A DNA stretch of 64,000 bases, taken from positions 1-64,000 of the forward strand of contig CBFFRP010000167.1 in assembly GCA_965644295.1 (NCBI GenBank), read 5' to 3'. This stretch comes from Paraphysomonas bandaiensis (Eukaryota; Protista; Chrysophyceae). The notes under the pieces were generated by a model, which saw only the letters and a program-made list of their open reading frames with translations, was not told the origin of the DNA and searched no databases. Made by a program: the position numbers and the translations under genes. Numbering within the stretch: the stretch's first letter is position 1; each line of letters starts with the position of its first letter. Positions 25,457 to 38,918 of the stretch are shown here, piece after piece.

Positions 25457-26272
25457 ATTATATCTCTTTTGGTTGCATCTGCTCGCGGTTTAAGGGCCAT
25501 GGTAGCTGTTGTTTTTACTCGTTATCCGTTTATCACTTGCGAGAGGCATTTCTAACATAATTCTAGCTCTCTATCTATCTTATTTTTGTTTTCAATACAA
25601 GTGGATGTAACATCAACTACAAATTCATGGATGTTGAGACCCTTAGGCTAGGAGACTGAAGAAACATCGAAGTGTGTTGCCCCCAGTACTTGAAGTTTAT
25701 ATGATTGGATGACTGCGTGATGCCAAAACACAAGAATAAAAGATTCTTCTATAGTCTTGAATTCTTTATTTCCATGATGTCATATACATCCTAAGATTGT
25801 GGAGTCGATGGCCTTGAGATAAAAAAGGCTCCAAAACTCTACCTAAATTAATTAGTGACTAGTTTTTTTATCCGCCTGACTAGGTTTAACACCAAAATTG
25901 GTGTGACTAGTAGGTAATTCAAGAATTAGACATTAGAATATAGGGTTTGTAAGCGAGGACTTTTTTCGTATTTCGTCATATGTGTAGTTTTCGTCAAGTA
26001 ACAAGAAGCTAAGCGGCTAGACAGAACACATGAGCGTCGCTCTAAGATGTACGTTATTACTATGAATCTTGAAAACAGGCATCTCGTTGAAAGTAACCCA
26101 CCGGCCAACGAGACAACGCAACCGCTTGATCTTGCTTCTATACCGAAAAGCAAATCCATTACAGTTGATTCTTATTATCATTTCTATTATTTACAAAGAA
26201 ATACGAAAACTCATACTTTATGTGTACAAACAGCAGCTAATATATGTATACGAAATAAATACAACAATTTCG

Positions 26273-29200
26273 CTATTTTTCGAAATATGCTGAAATTGGT
26301 AAAACTTTTGGATGATTCACCTTCCCTAAAGTTTCATCACTGCTACTAATGATATTTCTCAGATTTTCTTCCCCTTCGGTTATATCGAAACGTTGCTGAT
26401 CATCATACTCATTGTCTTCATGGGTCAGCTCCGTGTGAGGTAGACATTGTGCATCTGTGAAAGGCACATCACCATAGGCAAAGTCAGTATTAGAAATATT
26501 TTTCGCAGTGCGTATAACGTGTACTGAGTGCAAGCCTCTGCTCAACAGTATCGAGTCTCTTAGATTCAGTAGCCGCTGCCGCTCGCTCGGCTCCTGGATC
26601 GCAGAAATAACATCATACGAACGACCTTGGCCACTCTGATTCCCACTCTCACGGTCCGACACAGTGGGCCCAGAAGAAGTAACGGGCTGCTGCTCAGCAC
26701 TAACCTCGCAATTTCCAGTCTGCTGCTCGAAACTAGGCTCACAGTTTTCATCTGCGCATATCATAAGAAGTAGAGAGCTATAAATTCTTCGAATACCTGT
26801 ATTATTGTGACAGCCAGCTGGAGTGGTGACACGCAATTCTTTAATTTTTGAAATAACATTATTTGCTGAACGGGGCCGGATTGCTTTCGGTGCATCCGCT
26901 GGTGGCACATACGTTCCACTGGAATAACCACATTACATGAACTACATTCAACAACGGATCTCGACGGTATACCTTAACGTTTTCAGATCTGAACCATTCC
27001 GTACCGCAAAAGGTCGAGACTGGTTGGTAGCGGTAGCAGAAGACGGGCGGGAACGGCGTGTATCATCCCTAACGGGACTATGATGGACAGTGGGGTCTCT
27101 GAGACTGTCCTTCCACTGCATTCGATCGGCTTTGCGGTCCGCAAGTACAGACATTCTACGTTCAATCACATCGGGGCTAGTGCGAGATGCTCGTCTGCGG
27201 CTCCAGCTCATACCATGATCATCACTTTTGCGACGGCCACGCTGCTTAGTCTCTTTAGTAGCAGCTAGTAAATCTGCCCAAGATGCCATAGAACCCTTAG
27301 ACTTGCTCGCAACAAGTTCACGCATAACTTCCTGATCAGAAGGCTTGTTTCCTTCAACATTATCACGTTCGCATCCTCTTATCCCAGTGCCCAATGTTGC
27401 ACCACCCAGTAGCTCACTTTTCCTTCTCTCCAAGTCATGATATGATGAGTTCCGCCGACTACTAGAGGCGGATTGTGCTCTGCGAATACATCGATTTTGG
27501 ACCGACCCCTTATATTCTAATGGTTCTGAATTTTGCTCTATTTGTCCAGCTATTGTTTTAGAAGCATTCGAATCCTCTTCTTCTTCCATATACGTCTCCA
27601 AAGGGTAAGATGAGGGGATTCCACCTTGCTCTTCGCCACTATCATCGTCATTGTATACCCCTGCGGCATCATATTCCGCCTGTTGACTCGATGCTTTTTT
27701 TCTTGCAGACTTAGTGCTTCGTATCTGGTCAGCTTTCGACCTGAGAGATGCCCTAGCTTTCTTCACAATATCCGCACAGATATCGTCACCGTCCTTCATT
27801 CTAATTGCTTTGATGAGAGGGTTCGTATCCACAGGTCGGTAAATGACGTCCTCTCTGTGCATATCTAAGGCGTGGTACAGAAAGTAGCAAATCTACACAC
27901 AAAACCATCTCAGTTTCTGAATGCCATAAAACGATAGGCACATACTCTGCAGCAGGGGACGGTGTAGTAGAAGCGTGTAGGATGTACTTGGGAGAGAGCG
28001 TCATTGTAGATCTGGTATACATACACAAATGACGGTATAAACATATATAATTGATAATGTAGCCACTTACCAAGTTCCTGTACACGAATGCGGTGGCTTG
28101 AAGATCTCCGATATTGGGAACTCGCTTTAGTCCACCTTTAATCAAGCTCGTAAAGGCATCTTTCCGGCATTTTTCCGCCACTCGGAGAATGTGCTGTTTG
28201 GCGCACGCATTTATGATATCATTCTCCTACAGTTTCATGGAATGACAACACAGCTACTTACACATAGTTAAACTTACAGAATATTCGTACGACTCAATAT
28301 TCTCTATCACTACGACCTCGCCTCCAATGAACTTGCTTTCAGCTCTCGACAAAAGAACAGCTTTGCATGTAATCTGCTGTTCTGCTTTCAATGCCTTCAG
28401 GCGTAATACGCCATCAGCCCCTTTTACCTGCGAATACCGTCAGTTGAACCCCACTTAGCTATAACACGTACCTTCATCATACCTACACTTGCCAGGTACT
28501 CATCTGTATCCTCGACGGAGGCGACTAGAGGTGTGAGTAAGTTGCAATAGTCGCCGAAACATGTATCACCCTGCAGTGGAAGCTTTTTCTGCAGACCAGA
28601 GGACCTCACCCCTCCAGCCTCCAACCCATGAGTTTCAGCAAATTCTCGCATCGGATCAGTGTCTTCATCACCCCATTCATTTACTCTGTGAAGAAATAAA
28701 CTTCCTGTAAACAGTTGAAATTCCTCGTTAGTCATTCACATACCTACTCTTACACTTGCGTCGAAGAAGATGAGGAGCGCTAATTGGCCTGCGTCTGGTC
28801 CGCTCGTCTTTCCACACCTCGCTATCCCCACCACGTACCTGATCTGGATACCCTTTGATCCTAGCGCACTTTGTGTTTGTTAGCTGCAGGTAAGTCTTTC
28901 TTCCACCGGTATCCGCCTGATTATTTAACTTTTGTCGCCCCGGTTTCGTACCCGTTGCTCCCAGACCTTTCGATGATAAGGCAATGAAGTTGTCGAGAAC
29001 GGAATGACGTTTCCCTCCGAACTTCCTCTTCAATTCACTATTTTTGTCTGGGCTTGCCTCCGTTTTCTCATAAGGTATCTTGCTCCTAGGGATATTGGAA
29101 GAGGGCGGTGGGACCCACTCACTCACCAGTGGTGCATGTTGTACTTTACCAATGGGACTGTTACACTGCTGCTGTTCTGCGACTTCCCGCTCTATTTCCC

Positions 29201-30308
29201 CTTTAACACGTAAGTCTTCGGACGATCCGTATATATCACTGGTGGTTCTCTTTGGATGCTTCATTCGGTGGGTAGGAGAGCGGGAATTTTGAGGGGGAGC
29301 GACAACGATATCTCCAGCATCAACATCCACATCCAGTTGGGCTGTGCTTTTGCCTTTTGATGATGGAGCGGCAAGAGCCATTTGATTACTGTAACGATTT
29401 AGAATAGTCATGTTTTTGGTTTCAACATGAATACCAGTACATGCCACAATAAATGGAGTCCACGCAGTGTTGAAGTAGAAGAGAAAAGATGCTCTTGTAA
29501 TCTTGGATCCAACAGCACCTTCAATCAGCTTAATCACCTTGCAAGATGTCAGCTTCAGAATATCATTTTGAGTTTCCGTTATCACCAGCCTTTCCTGGCG
29601 TGGGGTTTCATTTTCATCGATCTTCTTACTTACATCCAAGCCCTGTCCATCTGACGCTGAATCTCGAATATATCCTTGCGTATTGAGGTCGAATACATCA
29701 GCTGATTTCGGCATGTGAACGAATTCGAAAGTTTTGTGCAAGGCTGGCCGGTCAGGCCACTTGCTGTAGCAGTGTTCAAATATACCACATCCTTTAAGGG
29801 GAAACCCTTCAAAAAACACCTGTATTGCAGATATATATTGGGAATACGTGCGATCGCCTAAAACAAAATGCAATTCGGCCTCATCAAGCAGACGGAACGA
29901 CATTGATCCTCCTTCAGTCCGAAACCACACACACGCAAACTTAGAATCATCTCGATATTTATTTCTTTTGCCTCGTAACTTAAATGACCGCTTCTTGAGA
30001 GCAGCGGCTATATCACTGGCTTTAAGTTTACACTTATTCTTCTTCAATACTTCCTACAAGGTTGTTAATGACACAGTCATAATTACTGTTGTGTTAACCT
30101 ACCCCTGTTTTTTCCGAGGTAAATATCCATCTAAAGGGGTGTCCATGCTGAAAGATAATGGTATCCATCATGTTAATTTTGTGCCTGTTGATAAGAGGTA
30201 TGAGCTGCAGTAACAGTATTAGCGGCTATAGGACCTTGTGGACCCAGGTTCAGGCTGCCAAAGGGCTCGATACAAAAAATGAAAACTTTCAATATCCGAT
30301 AACTCCAT
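26273..30308 (-). CDS. Large uncharacterised multi-exon protein (>1,000 aa; 3' exon structure uncertain)
   Basis: ATG at 30308 (MELSDIESFHFLYRALWQP), spliced to MMDTIIFQHGHPFRWIFTSEKTG and then long ORFs 28728-30047, 28424-28735, 27801-28181, 26948-27862 and 26273-26908, all on one strand and separated by short GT-AG gaps. Confidence 0.7.
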
Positions 30309-30702
30309 TTTAATTTATATCTCAACACTGTGATGTCCTGATAGACTGACTCACTCTTGATAGTGTTAGTATATATATATCAGCCTACAGAGGAACAGAT
30401 TCAACTATATATCCTTTAAACACGTTCACTATCATACAATTAATAGCATGATATTCCTAGTGAGAATGTAATATTTATCCTCTCCTCCAGTGATCCAGTG
30501 ATCGTGATATCCACAGGAGTGAGTATTAACGGGCTGCTCTGTTCATGTTGAGGTACACTGCTGTATATACATAACACAGCAGTACAGAGATCTGGAGTAG
30601 AGTATTCGTTACAATAAAACAAAACTGAAAATTTCAGTTTTTTAGATTTATTTTCTTCGAAATATATATATATGTATTTCATGGTATACACTCTGTATAC
30701 TA

Positions 30703-32715
30703 CGAGTGATGACAATTCGCTGTAGAGAACAAAAATATCACCATATTGCCGACATAATTTCTACAGCATATATATAAGTTTTTTGAAGCTCATGACATGA
30801 ACTTTCCAACCATATATGTAACATTTTAAAATATTCTATAATTTTGAAGATAATCAATTTTTTAGGGTTTTTTATGAAAACCCCTGATTTTTATACATGC
30901 CCATAAAATTACTAAAAAAAAAAAAAAATAAATAAAAAGTAACTGAAGTGCTAGTAAATGCTCTCTACTATATATATGTAACGTATTATTACGTAAAAAC
31001 TACTTTAAGTAAGTTTGTTTTAAAAAGTCCTGAGCGACCTCATAAAACGGCTAAAAACCGAAATAGTTTTAGCAGATAACTAGCTATATTTTCAACTAAA
31101 CAACTAGTTAGAGTGTTGTATAGTACTTCTAAAGTTGTACTAATAGTATCTAGTTAGTTTAGGTACTATATGTACCATAAGAAGTTGTAAAACAAAATAA
31201 ATAGCGTGAAAAATTAAAGCTAATTGAACTGACTAATAGTTACTTTTTATTCCAAGTAGTCGTCATTATCACCTTGCCACACATCAAACTCATCGTCTCC
31301 CTTTACAACTAAATCATCAACTTCTACATCAGTATCATCCTCTTCATACTCAGCTAAGTGTATAACATCAGAATACACACCCTTCTCACGATATCTAAAT
31401 TCTTGTTCTAACTCACGATATCTAACTCGGGCATGGACCAACTTGTCCATTATTCTCCCACATTTGACGTTCAGATATTCTACACTCAATGCGCTTATTA
31501 CATTCCAAACGACGCTTAAGGTAAATGCGACGCTTATTTGTGATATTTGCACTTTCACGACAAAGGCACAGCCTACGCATTTTTCCATTTTGGTCATTCG
31601 ATACCTTAGCTGATAATGTGTAACCTCAAGGTTATGGACATCCTTAAACCACTTCTGTATATCCGGCAACTCTACTGCTCTACCTTCCTCACTTCTGATA
31701 CGCCAAACCTTATGTCAAACTTAGAAGATTAATAACCTTGAAGGGATTCATTACCTCTGCTCGTATAGGACCTGTCCAATCCGAGTTAATGTATTTATGC
31801 GCCCCGGATATATTGATTCATAGCTGCTACGAGGAAGTGTAGTACCCTTGTTATCAACCCATTCTTTCCATAGGCTGTATAGCGTACTAACGCCAATACC
31901 TAAATAGTCGCTAGTGCGATTCATGACGTCAGTAATACTTCTCAGTTGATGGCCGTTATAGAAGTCATGACACATGCACCAAATTAACCTCAAAGACATG
32001 CTTATATCATCCATATACAGAGTAGTACCACTGCAGCGACTACTGGGACATATAAATTTCAATGGGTCCGCCTTTGGCTCAGATGGAGTGAAGTTAGGGG
32101 CAGCATAGCGATGGGGTCTGCTAGGGGTCTTAACGGCAATCTCGCAGGCAATTTCAGGGTTCAAATCACATAAATGATTGCTTCGACGCCCCTCCTTATA
32201 TATTTTGACCTTATTCTTTGATCCTGGGGGTCTACTATGCTTAATTCGAGGTGTAGTGGTCTCATTTACCACTATGTCTCCATCAGCCTCAGAGTGATCT
32301 TCAAGGGACCTCTTCCACATAATAATTTTTTCCTCGACATCTAGGAGCCCCTGAGAGTAACGGAGGGTATGGTCAGGTAGCCGAGAGCATGCTCTACAAT
32401 GTTATGTTATTTGGGGTCGTATGGCTTCAAGCTGAATATATTCTGCAGGTGTGAAGATCGTCCTCGAGTTTATTTGTTGCTCCGAAAACAACATTCTTGA
32501 TTTTTGGGTGCCCATATCTCACGACACAGACAGAGTCACCATAAAGTCCAATATAACGAAATGTTCAGCATTTAATGGACTATTTCGTGTTAAAATCACA
32601 GTATTTCGATTGCTAAAATGAAAAAGTTATGGAATTAAACATAAAAGACACTTTTTCATGATTTTTTTCATGATTTTTGGCCTTTCTCTTCTCTACAGCG
32701 AATTGTCATCACTCG
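30703..32715 (-). mobile_element. Tc1/mariner-superfamily DNA transposon, internally deleted (2,013 bp)
   Basis: Perfect 27-bp TIRs CGAGTGATGACAATTCGCTGTAGAGAA (30703-30729) and reverse complement (32689-32715). TA on both sides (30701-30702, 32716-32717). Confidence 0.92.
31247..32320 (-). pseudogene. Truncated Tc1/mariner transposase (HTH regions kept, DDE/D core absent)
   Basis: HTH-like VMNRTSDYLGIGVSTLYSLWKEW, a second helix set DIQKWFKDVHNLEVTHYQLRYRMTKM, then an abrupt jump to an acidic C-terminus. No DE..., DN..H or SPDLNPIE motif was found. Confidence 0.7.
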
Positions 32716-32984
32716 TAATATCTTCCTTTGTACATACACAGCAACACAATATAAGAGTTCCTGATATGCCGTTTCAAGATTCTTTTTAGTGACGAAGTTG
32801 TGTTGTTCCACCAATAACCGACTCCCTCGGAACGTTGTTTTTGCTCACTTCTTTTTTGTCAAGAAGTGAAAAAGAGCGACTGCTGAAACGTCTTTATAAT
32901 ACCAACCTACACACACGCGTAGCTCTCTCTGTCTCATATATATATACATATATATATATTGACAAGCCATATACTTAGATTAGC

Positions 32985-34830
32985 ATGAGAAAATATCGGC
33001 TTGTTGCCAAGAAGGGGGAGGGAACCTTTTCTGAGGTTCTGAAAGCACAGAACGTAAAGGACGGTAGATATCATGCGATTAAGTGCATGAAAAATAGGTT
33101 TGAGAGTATCGATCAAGTGAATAATTTACGTGAAATTCAAGCATTAAGACGACTATCTCCTCATGAACATATTATCTCCCTTGAGGAAGTACTCTATGAT
33201 CAACCCACTGGACGTCTTGCATTAGTGTTTGAACTGATGGATGCTAATTTATATGAACTTATTCGAGGTGAGATATACAGTAACCATACCCACTAGTTTA
33301 TATTAACACATTACTACTTAAGGTCGTCGTCATTATCTAAATGCACAGCTAGTTAAAATGTATATGTGGCAATTGATGAAATCTTTGGATCATATGCACC
33401 GCAAAGGAATATTTCACAGGGTAGGAATATTTATTTTTAGTTCCTTTGGAGGCTAACAACTCCTCATATGTTGGTAGGACATTAAGCCGGAGAACATATT
33501 AATAGAGAGTAACTCAGATATTGGAAGAGGCTTAAAGCTGGCTGATTTTGGCTCATGTCGCGGTATCTACTCGAAGCAACCCTACACAGAGTATATATCC
33601 ACGAGGTGGTATCGTGCTCCAGAGTGCCTTCTCACAGATGGGTATTACGGACCGGAGATGGATCTCTGGGGTGCTGGCTGTGTCATGTTCGAGATAACTA
33701 GTCTATATCCTCTATTTCCTGGTAGTAATGAGGTAGACCAGATTAGCAGAATCCATAAAGTACTTGGAACACCCGGAGCTGACCTGTTGCAAAAATTCAA
33801 GTCGAAGGGTGCTTCACATGTGTCATTTGATTTCCCACAACAAAAGGGTATCGGTATTCCACAACTTATTCCGCATGCATCAGGGGATGCCATTGATCTT
33901 ATTATAAAGCTGCTCAAGTAAGTGCTAGAACCAGATATGAGTAATTATGCAGTTTTACAATGGACTTATTTATAGGTACGATGCCTCTGAGCGAATCAGT
34001 GCGAGAGAAGCAATGCGTCACCCGTACTTCAAGGAGGCACGTGAAGCTGATGCCAAAAAAGCAGCCACCCAGCAACCAGCTGCTGCGGACGACACAAACA
34101 GCACGACTGTTTCTGGGGGAGATAGCAAGCGCGTTGTGAAGCAACATTCCAAGTACTCGGCTGATATGGGTGGTTCGCAGAAGATCAATGCTGTGCTGAA
34201 TAAACAACTGCCGAGCATAGGGGGCACAGATGGGACAGAGGGTCAAGCGAATACGAGTAAACAGGCAGCTTCTAATATCTCCAGTGGCACGCATCAATAC
34301 CAGACCACTAGCAAGCACTCAAAGCATAATTCCACCTTACCGCTCTTCAACAATTCTGGAACCCAGGGTGCATCTTCTTCAGTTAACAGCTCTCTTCCAC
34401 CCATTGCTGGCGGAGGTATAGGTGGAACCACTAAGCACTTTCACCAGGAAGCCAATGCAACTACAAGATCGAACAGATCACTCCAACAACCTACCCATAA
34501 ACGAAGAAAGAAGTACAAATCGAACTATTCACAGGTGGGATACATAATATCTTTCTGTTCTTGATAATCTGTGCGCAGGACTTGAATAAAAGCACGAAGC
34601 GCACAGGCCAGACGGAGCAGGTCCTACGCACCTACGGACTGGCCGGAAAAAATTTAACAAATGCTGCGTCTGACTATCGTGACAGCAAGAGTGAAGTTAA
34701 GATTGACGGTAAGCCAGCTGGCGGTGGGGTCTCGTCCTACAACCACCCGGTGAGTGTGCGATGGAATTTGTAATTTTGTATCTTATTCGTTTGTTTGTAA
34801 TAGAATCGCCATTATGTTTCAAAGCGATGA
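32985..34830 (+). CDS. MOK: MAPK/MAK/MRK-overlapping kinase (MOK/RAGE; LF4-like), multi-exon
   Basis: KKGEGTFSEVLKA, VNNLREIQALRRL, FHRDIKPEN, LADFGSCRGIYSKQPYTEYISTRWYRAPECLLTDGYY, LFPGSNEVDQI. The last exon ends at TGA 34828-34830. Confidence 0.92.
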
Positions 34831-35411
34831 GAAGGCAAAGTTAGATTTGTGTAGATATATCATATGAATTACATTTCAGGAAATGCTTATAGATGGACAA
34901 TTGTGTAAACGGAGTGTGGTTTGCTGTTACATATGGTCTATTGACTGAAGTCATAGTTCACTTCTTCGTATACGTGCTATATTACTATGTACGATTTGCA
35001 ATGCACAACACGATTGCGTATATGTTTGCAGTGCAATGAGGATATTGTAGTTTACAAACATTTTACAAAACCATGGGAACTAGGAAATTAAATATGTAAC
35101 ATATGTCAGAAGAGACTTGTTATCGTTTTCAGCGATGTGAATATATTGATTCTCATTATTGCTTACTGATGGTTTGTGCTCATCTTCTCATCTTACTAGC
35201 AAACTGTTAATATTGTTAAAAGAAGTGATGTCTTGTGAGCTAGATAATAAGTAATCTATAAACAACAAAGTTTTATTTAAAGGCTAATACTCACAACCTC
35301 TTCCGAACCTTTTAATATATTGTGTATGTGCATGACACTTCAGGTTTTGGTTTCTTATGCATTATACAATTTTGTCTAGCTTATTTTGTATGCGATTAAA
35401 GCTATGTGTTT

Positions 35412-35933
35412 AAGGCTTGCGTAACAATTAATTGGTGACAGGTGTCAAACAATAATAATTGCAATTATTAATCAAGCATCCAATTATTGGCAATGCAATT
35501 AACTGCCTGTAATTCTATTGATAGATTTTAGAACTACAATCTCATCCCAAAGAAACATTAACATTTTCACGCAGAAAATTCAACATTTCAAGGTGTCTAG
35601 GTGACATTCGCTTAGCTCTGCTAAACAACCTCTCACAACTATTGGTAGTGCTATACAAATACTTCATTCAACGATATCGTGTTGGAAGTTTGATGCGTGC
35701 TTTTTGTCGATTTTGGTTGCCTTTAAAAAGTAAACGAATGGCCTCGTCTTCCTCCTCCTCATCGTTCTCTTCATCAAGTTCAGCTTCGTGAAAAGCGTCG
35801 CACCTGTGCTTTTCCGGCGCGGTGGAGTGAGGCCTGCTATAGCTAAGTTAGATTCTGATTGCTCAGCAGTGCATTTCTTTTTTGTGATAGAGCGAAGGTG
35901 GTTGCATCTTGGAGCTTGTCGTGTGGCGCACAA
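35412..35933 (-). mobile_element. Decayed hAT-like remnant (one terminus plus a possible transposase C-terminal fragment)
   Basis: AAGGCTTGCGTAAC at 35412 matches the MITE TIR, followed by CAATT-rich subterminal repeats. ORF 35664-35933 contains AEQSESNLAIAGLT..RRKS, loosely like the hAT dimerisation motif S..SER.FS.AG. Confidence 0.45.
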
Positions 35934-36569
35934 AAAGTAGTTTTTGCAGCGTTAAATAGTAGGATATCAGAGTTAAGCACTTGTTAGTTAAATTACAATC
36001 CTAAATTAGTTCTGACTCTTGCTAATAATAAGACATTCACTAGCACTAATAACTTGCATTTTTATGAAGTCAATAAGCATATTAGTAATTGCTCGTATTA
36101 TTTTTGGTGTCGAAAATACTGTCCAAAACTACCAGTGCGTAGATTACATACGTAGTGGTATACTAAAGTTAGTCCTTTTTTTAAATGGATGTATTTTTAA
36201 TGGGGTTGCGTATAGACCCACACTGCTGTCGATTTTAGACTATTATTGGCATACGTGATACATGTACGAAAGAAACTACTCACACTCCCACATATATCCT
36301 GTTAAACCTTCCTTAATAGTCAAAATAGTATTCAGTTGCAGCTGAAGACCATGAGATAAGCAGTTGAGGTAATATAATATGCATATTTCAATAGTTATGA
36401 TAACAAATCATTATATACCCGTGACAATATAGACGCGTACGTAGTACGTATTAAGCAGACGTCGCTGACATTATAAGGATTTTTATAGACTTATTGGTTG
36501 AGTATATTATAGACTATCGAGGTAATGAGTTCACACAGCATCATACAATGCGTTTTGTACGTTATCCAG

Positions 36570-37818
36570 CAGGGCTGCGTATCAATTAATTGTCAATTAA
36601 TTGACGCAGGTTGTAGTCAATTATAATTGCAATTATTACTTGCTGTCTCAATTTCAACTATTGCAATTAACTGCAATTAATTGCAATTAATTGCAATTAT
36701 TTAGTACTAAAATACACTAGCTGCGAATATATCTACCTCAACTGACATTTCATTCCAGAGGCAACGATTCATGCGTAAAATCATAATTAGCACTAAATGT
36801 TGAGGAGTCAAGCTCTTGAGCAAGCCCGTCATAACAATCGTAGCTCTACTGAGCAACCTCTCAACCTTATTGGTTGTGCTATGCAAGTGTTTCATCCGTA
36901 ACGCGTTTGCTTGTTAAGTCTTGCTCGCTTCCGCTGCCTGCTACCATCAAACAAACGTTGCGCTGCGTCGTCATTCGGAGCTAGACTCGCACCGTCATAA
37001 TATTCTTCTTCCTCATCGAACAAATATATTTTAGTTTGATCCTTTGCCGTCCGAGTTACGGCTTCGTTGCCACATTGAATCTTCACGACTGCCTTTTCGA
37101 AAGCAGCGTTAAAAATAATAGCAACACTGTCGCCCAGATGACGCTCAACAATCGGGTGCATTATGAAGGGTTCGTCAATCAATGTGCAAACGTCGTGGAA
37201 GTGAAGCTGGTGTAACCTTACTTCTGTAATTGTACAACACTTATTTTTATAATACAGGGCATAATATACATGTATATACTCTGTATATAGGTGGATAGTC
37301 CTACAATTAGACTTTTAACACATCGGAACCAAACTCGAAAGATCGCATATGATTAAATAGAAGCAAGTAGCGGTCAATCACGGAAAATGTGGAGCCCCTT
37401 TTCCTGCAGGACAAATCTCTATTGCAGCCTCTTCGTTGTTATCATCATTCATTTACTTTCTCAAATAACACTCGTGCAATGACTTCTGGTGCCAATTTGT
37501 CGCTCCTATCGCTAATTAATTAAATGAATTACTATGTGAGATAATCCTATGGATATTATAGTCTTTCACCAATCTTCGATTTTTATCCTAAAAATTGGAT
37601 TTTTAAACTAAAAATGCCGTTTTTTAACAACTTTTCAGCATAAAAAGGTGGGTTTTTTAATATCAATTAATTGCAATTAATTGACAATTAATTGAAGCTA
37701 GCTGGAGTCAATTATAATTGCAATTATGAATGGATGTCCCAATTTCAACAATTGCAATTTCAATAATTGACAATTAATTGCAATTAATTGAAAATCAATT
37801 AATTGATACGCAGCCCTG
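36570..37818 (-). mobile_element. hAT-superfamily DNA transposon, internally deleted (1,249 bp)
   Basis: 23-bp perfect TIR CAGGGCTGCGTATCAATTAATTG. Perfect 8-bp TSD TTATCCAG (36562-36569, 37819-37826). Arrays of CAATTAATTG at both ends. Confidence 0.95.
36707..37182 (-). pseudogene. hAT transposase C-terminal remnant (frameshifted)
   Basis: STTNKVERLLSRATIVMTGLLKSLTPQHLVLIMILRMNRCLWN matches the hAT dimerisation domain pattern TSN..ERLFS....MT..R..L.P..L..L..LR.N..LW. Confidence 0.8.
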
Positions 37819-38289
37819 TTATCCAGTAGATACGCAGATACCTAAACATTAGCATATTTTGGCCTGCGAATATACTTTTTACACTATACTGTACTGACTG
37901 CAGACAATGTTCTGTTCGCTCATATATAAAAGAATGCCGGCGTTCGGTGTATGTTTCATTTACATAAAAACGGGGATAAGAAACTTTCTAATTCGATAAA
38001 TTAATCGGGCGAGGCAAAGTCTATCATTTCAAATATTACTGATATCTGCTGTCTTATTGTGTAGCACTTCACATTTAAAATCCTAGGTTCAGTAATCTAC
38101 CTCACTGCAGCGATTGATAATCGTTGGATCTAAACTTCCAGAAGATACCGACATGCATTACAAATATTATCGGCCACAAGCATAGATAAATGACATATCT
38201 CCACAATTCTACCAATGATACACGATTGCTATAGACTGGAATTGAGTATGAACAGACCATAGGTCTGAAATCATTGCAAATGAATAAGG

Positions 38290-38918
38290 TCACTCTCTCC
38301 GCCGCTTATGTGAACTTTCATAAGATTTCTTAGTTTTCTTCTTTTTATGTTTGTGCTTCTTGTCTTTTTTCTTCTTGCTAGTCTTCTCTTCTCTATCATA
38401 TTTTTTCTTATGCTGTCAAAACATCAGGTACATGTATTAGAAATATAATAAACCAAACCTTTCGACTTTTATGCTCACTAGGGCTTCGACTTCTTTTTCT
38501 AGACACTGTGGCAGCAGGTGGCTCTGTGTCATCTTCATCATCACTGGATGACAAGCTCGACGACTGCGATATATAGTTCAGGTTAAGGAAGCTAGTTTCG
38601 TATACTTATAACCTCATCCGAGTCCTGTACTTCAGCCTTTGGATCATTGCGACATTGAAATGTTAAGTGTCCGGCCATTCCACACTTGGAGCAAGCACCG
38701 CGTGAGTCTGATCCCGACAAGTTCGACATTTTAGCTAGAAGAAGAAGTCCAGCGGCCTGCTCTGAGGCAATTTTAGAATCTTCAGCACTTGTATCATTAT
38801 CAGCAGCATAGGGATCGTGTCCAATAGTTTTCGTCCATATGCTGGTCATTTTAAGAGCCGACGATGAGGACACTCTATTATTATGAGGCATTTTAACGCG
38901 ACCAGCAGAGGCAGGCAT
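38290..38918 (-). CDS. CXIP4: CAX-interacting protein 4 (CXIP4)-like CCHC zinc-knuckle protein with a Lys/Ser-rich tail (2 introns)
   Basis: N-terminus MPASAGRVKMPHNNRVSSSSALK..IWTKTIGHDPYA; knuckle RGACSKCGMAGHLTFQCRN; basic C-terminus ending at TGA 38290-38292. Confidence 0.85.

Noticed and set aside
36570-37818. CAATTAATTG arrays as a possible CRISPR or satellite
   Set aside because: There are no unique spacers. They are subterminal repeats inside TIRs with an 8-bp TSD.
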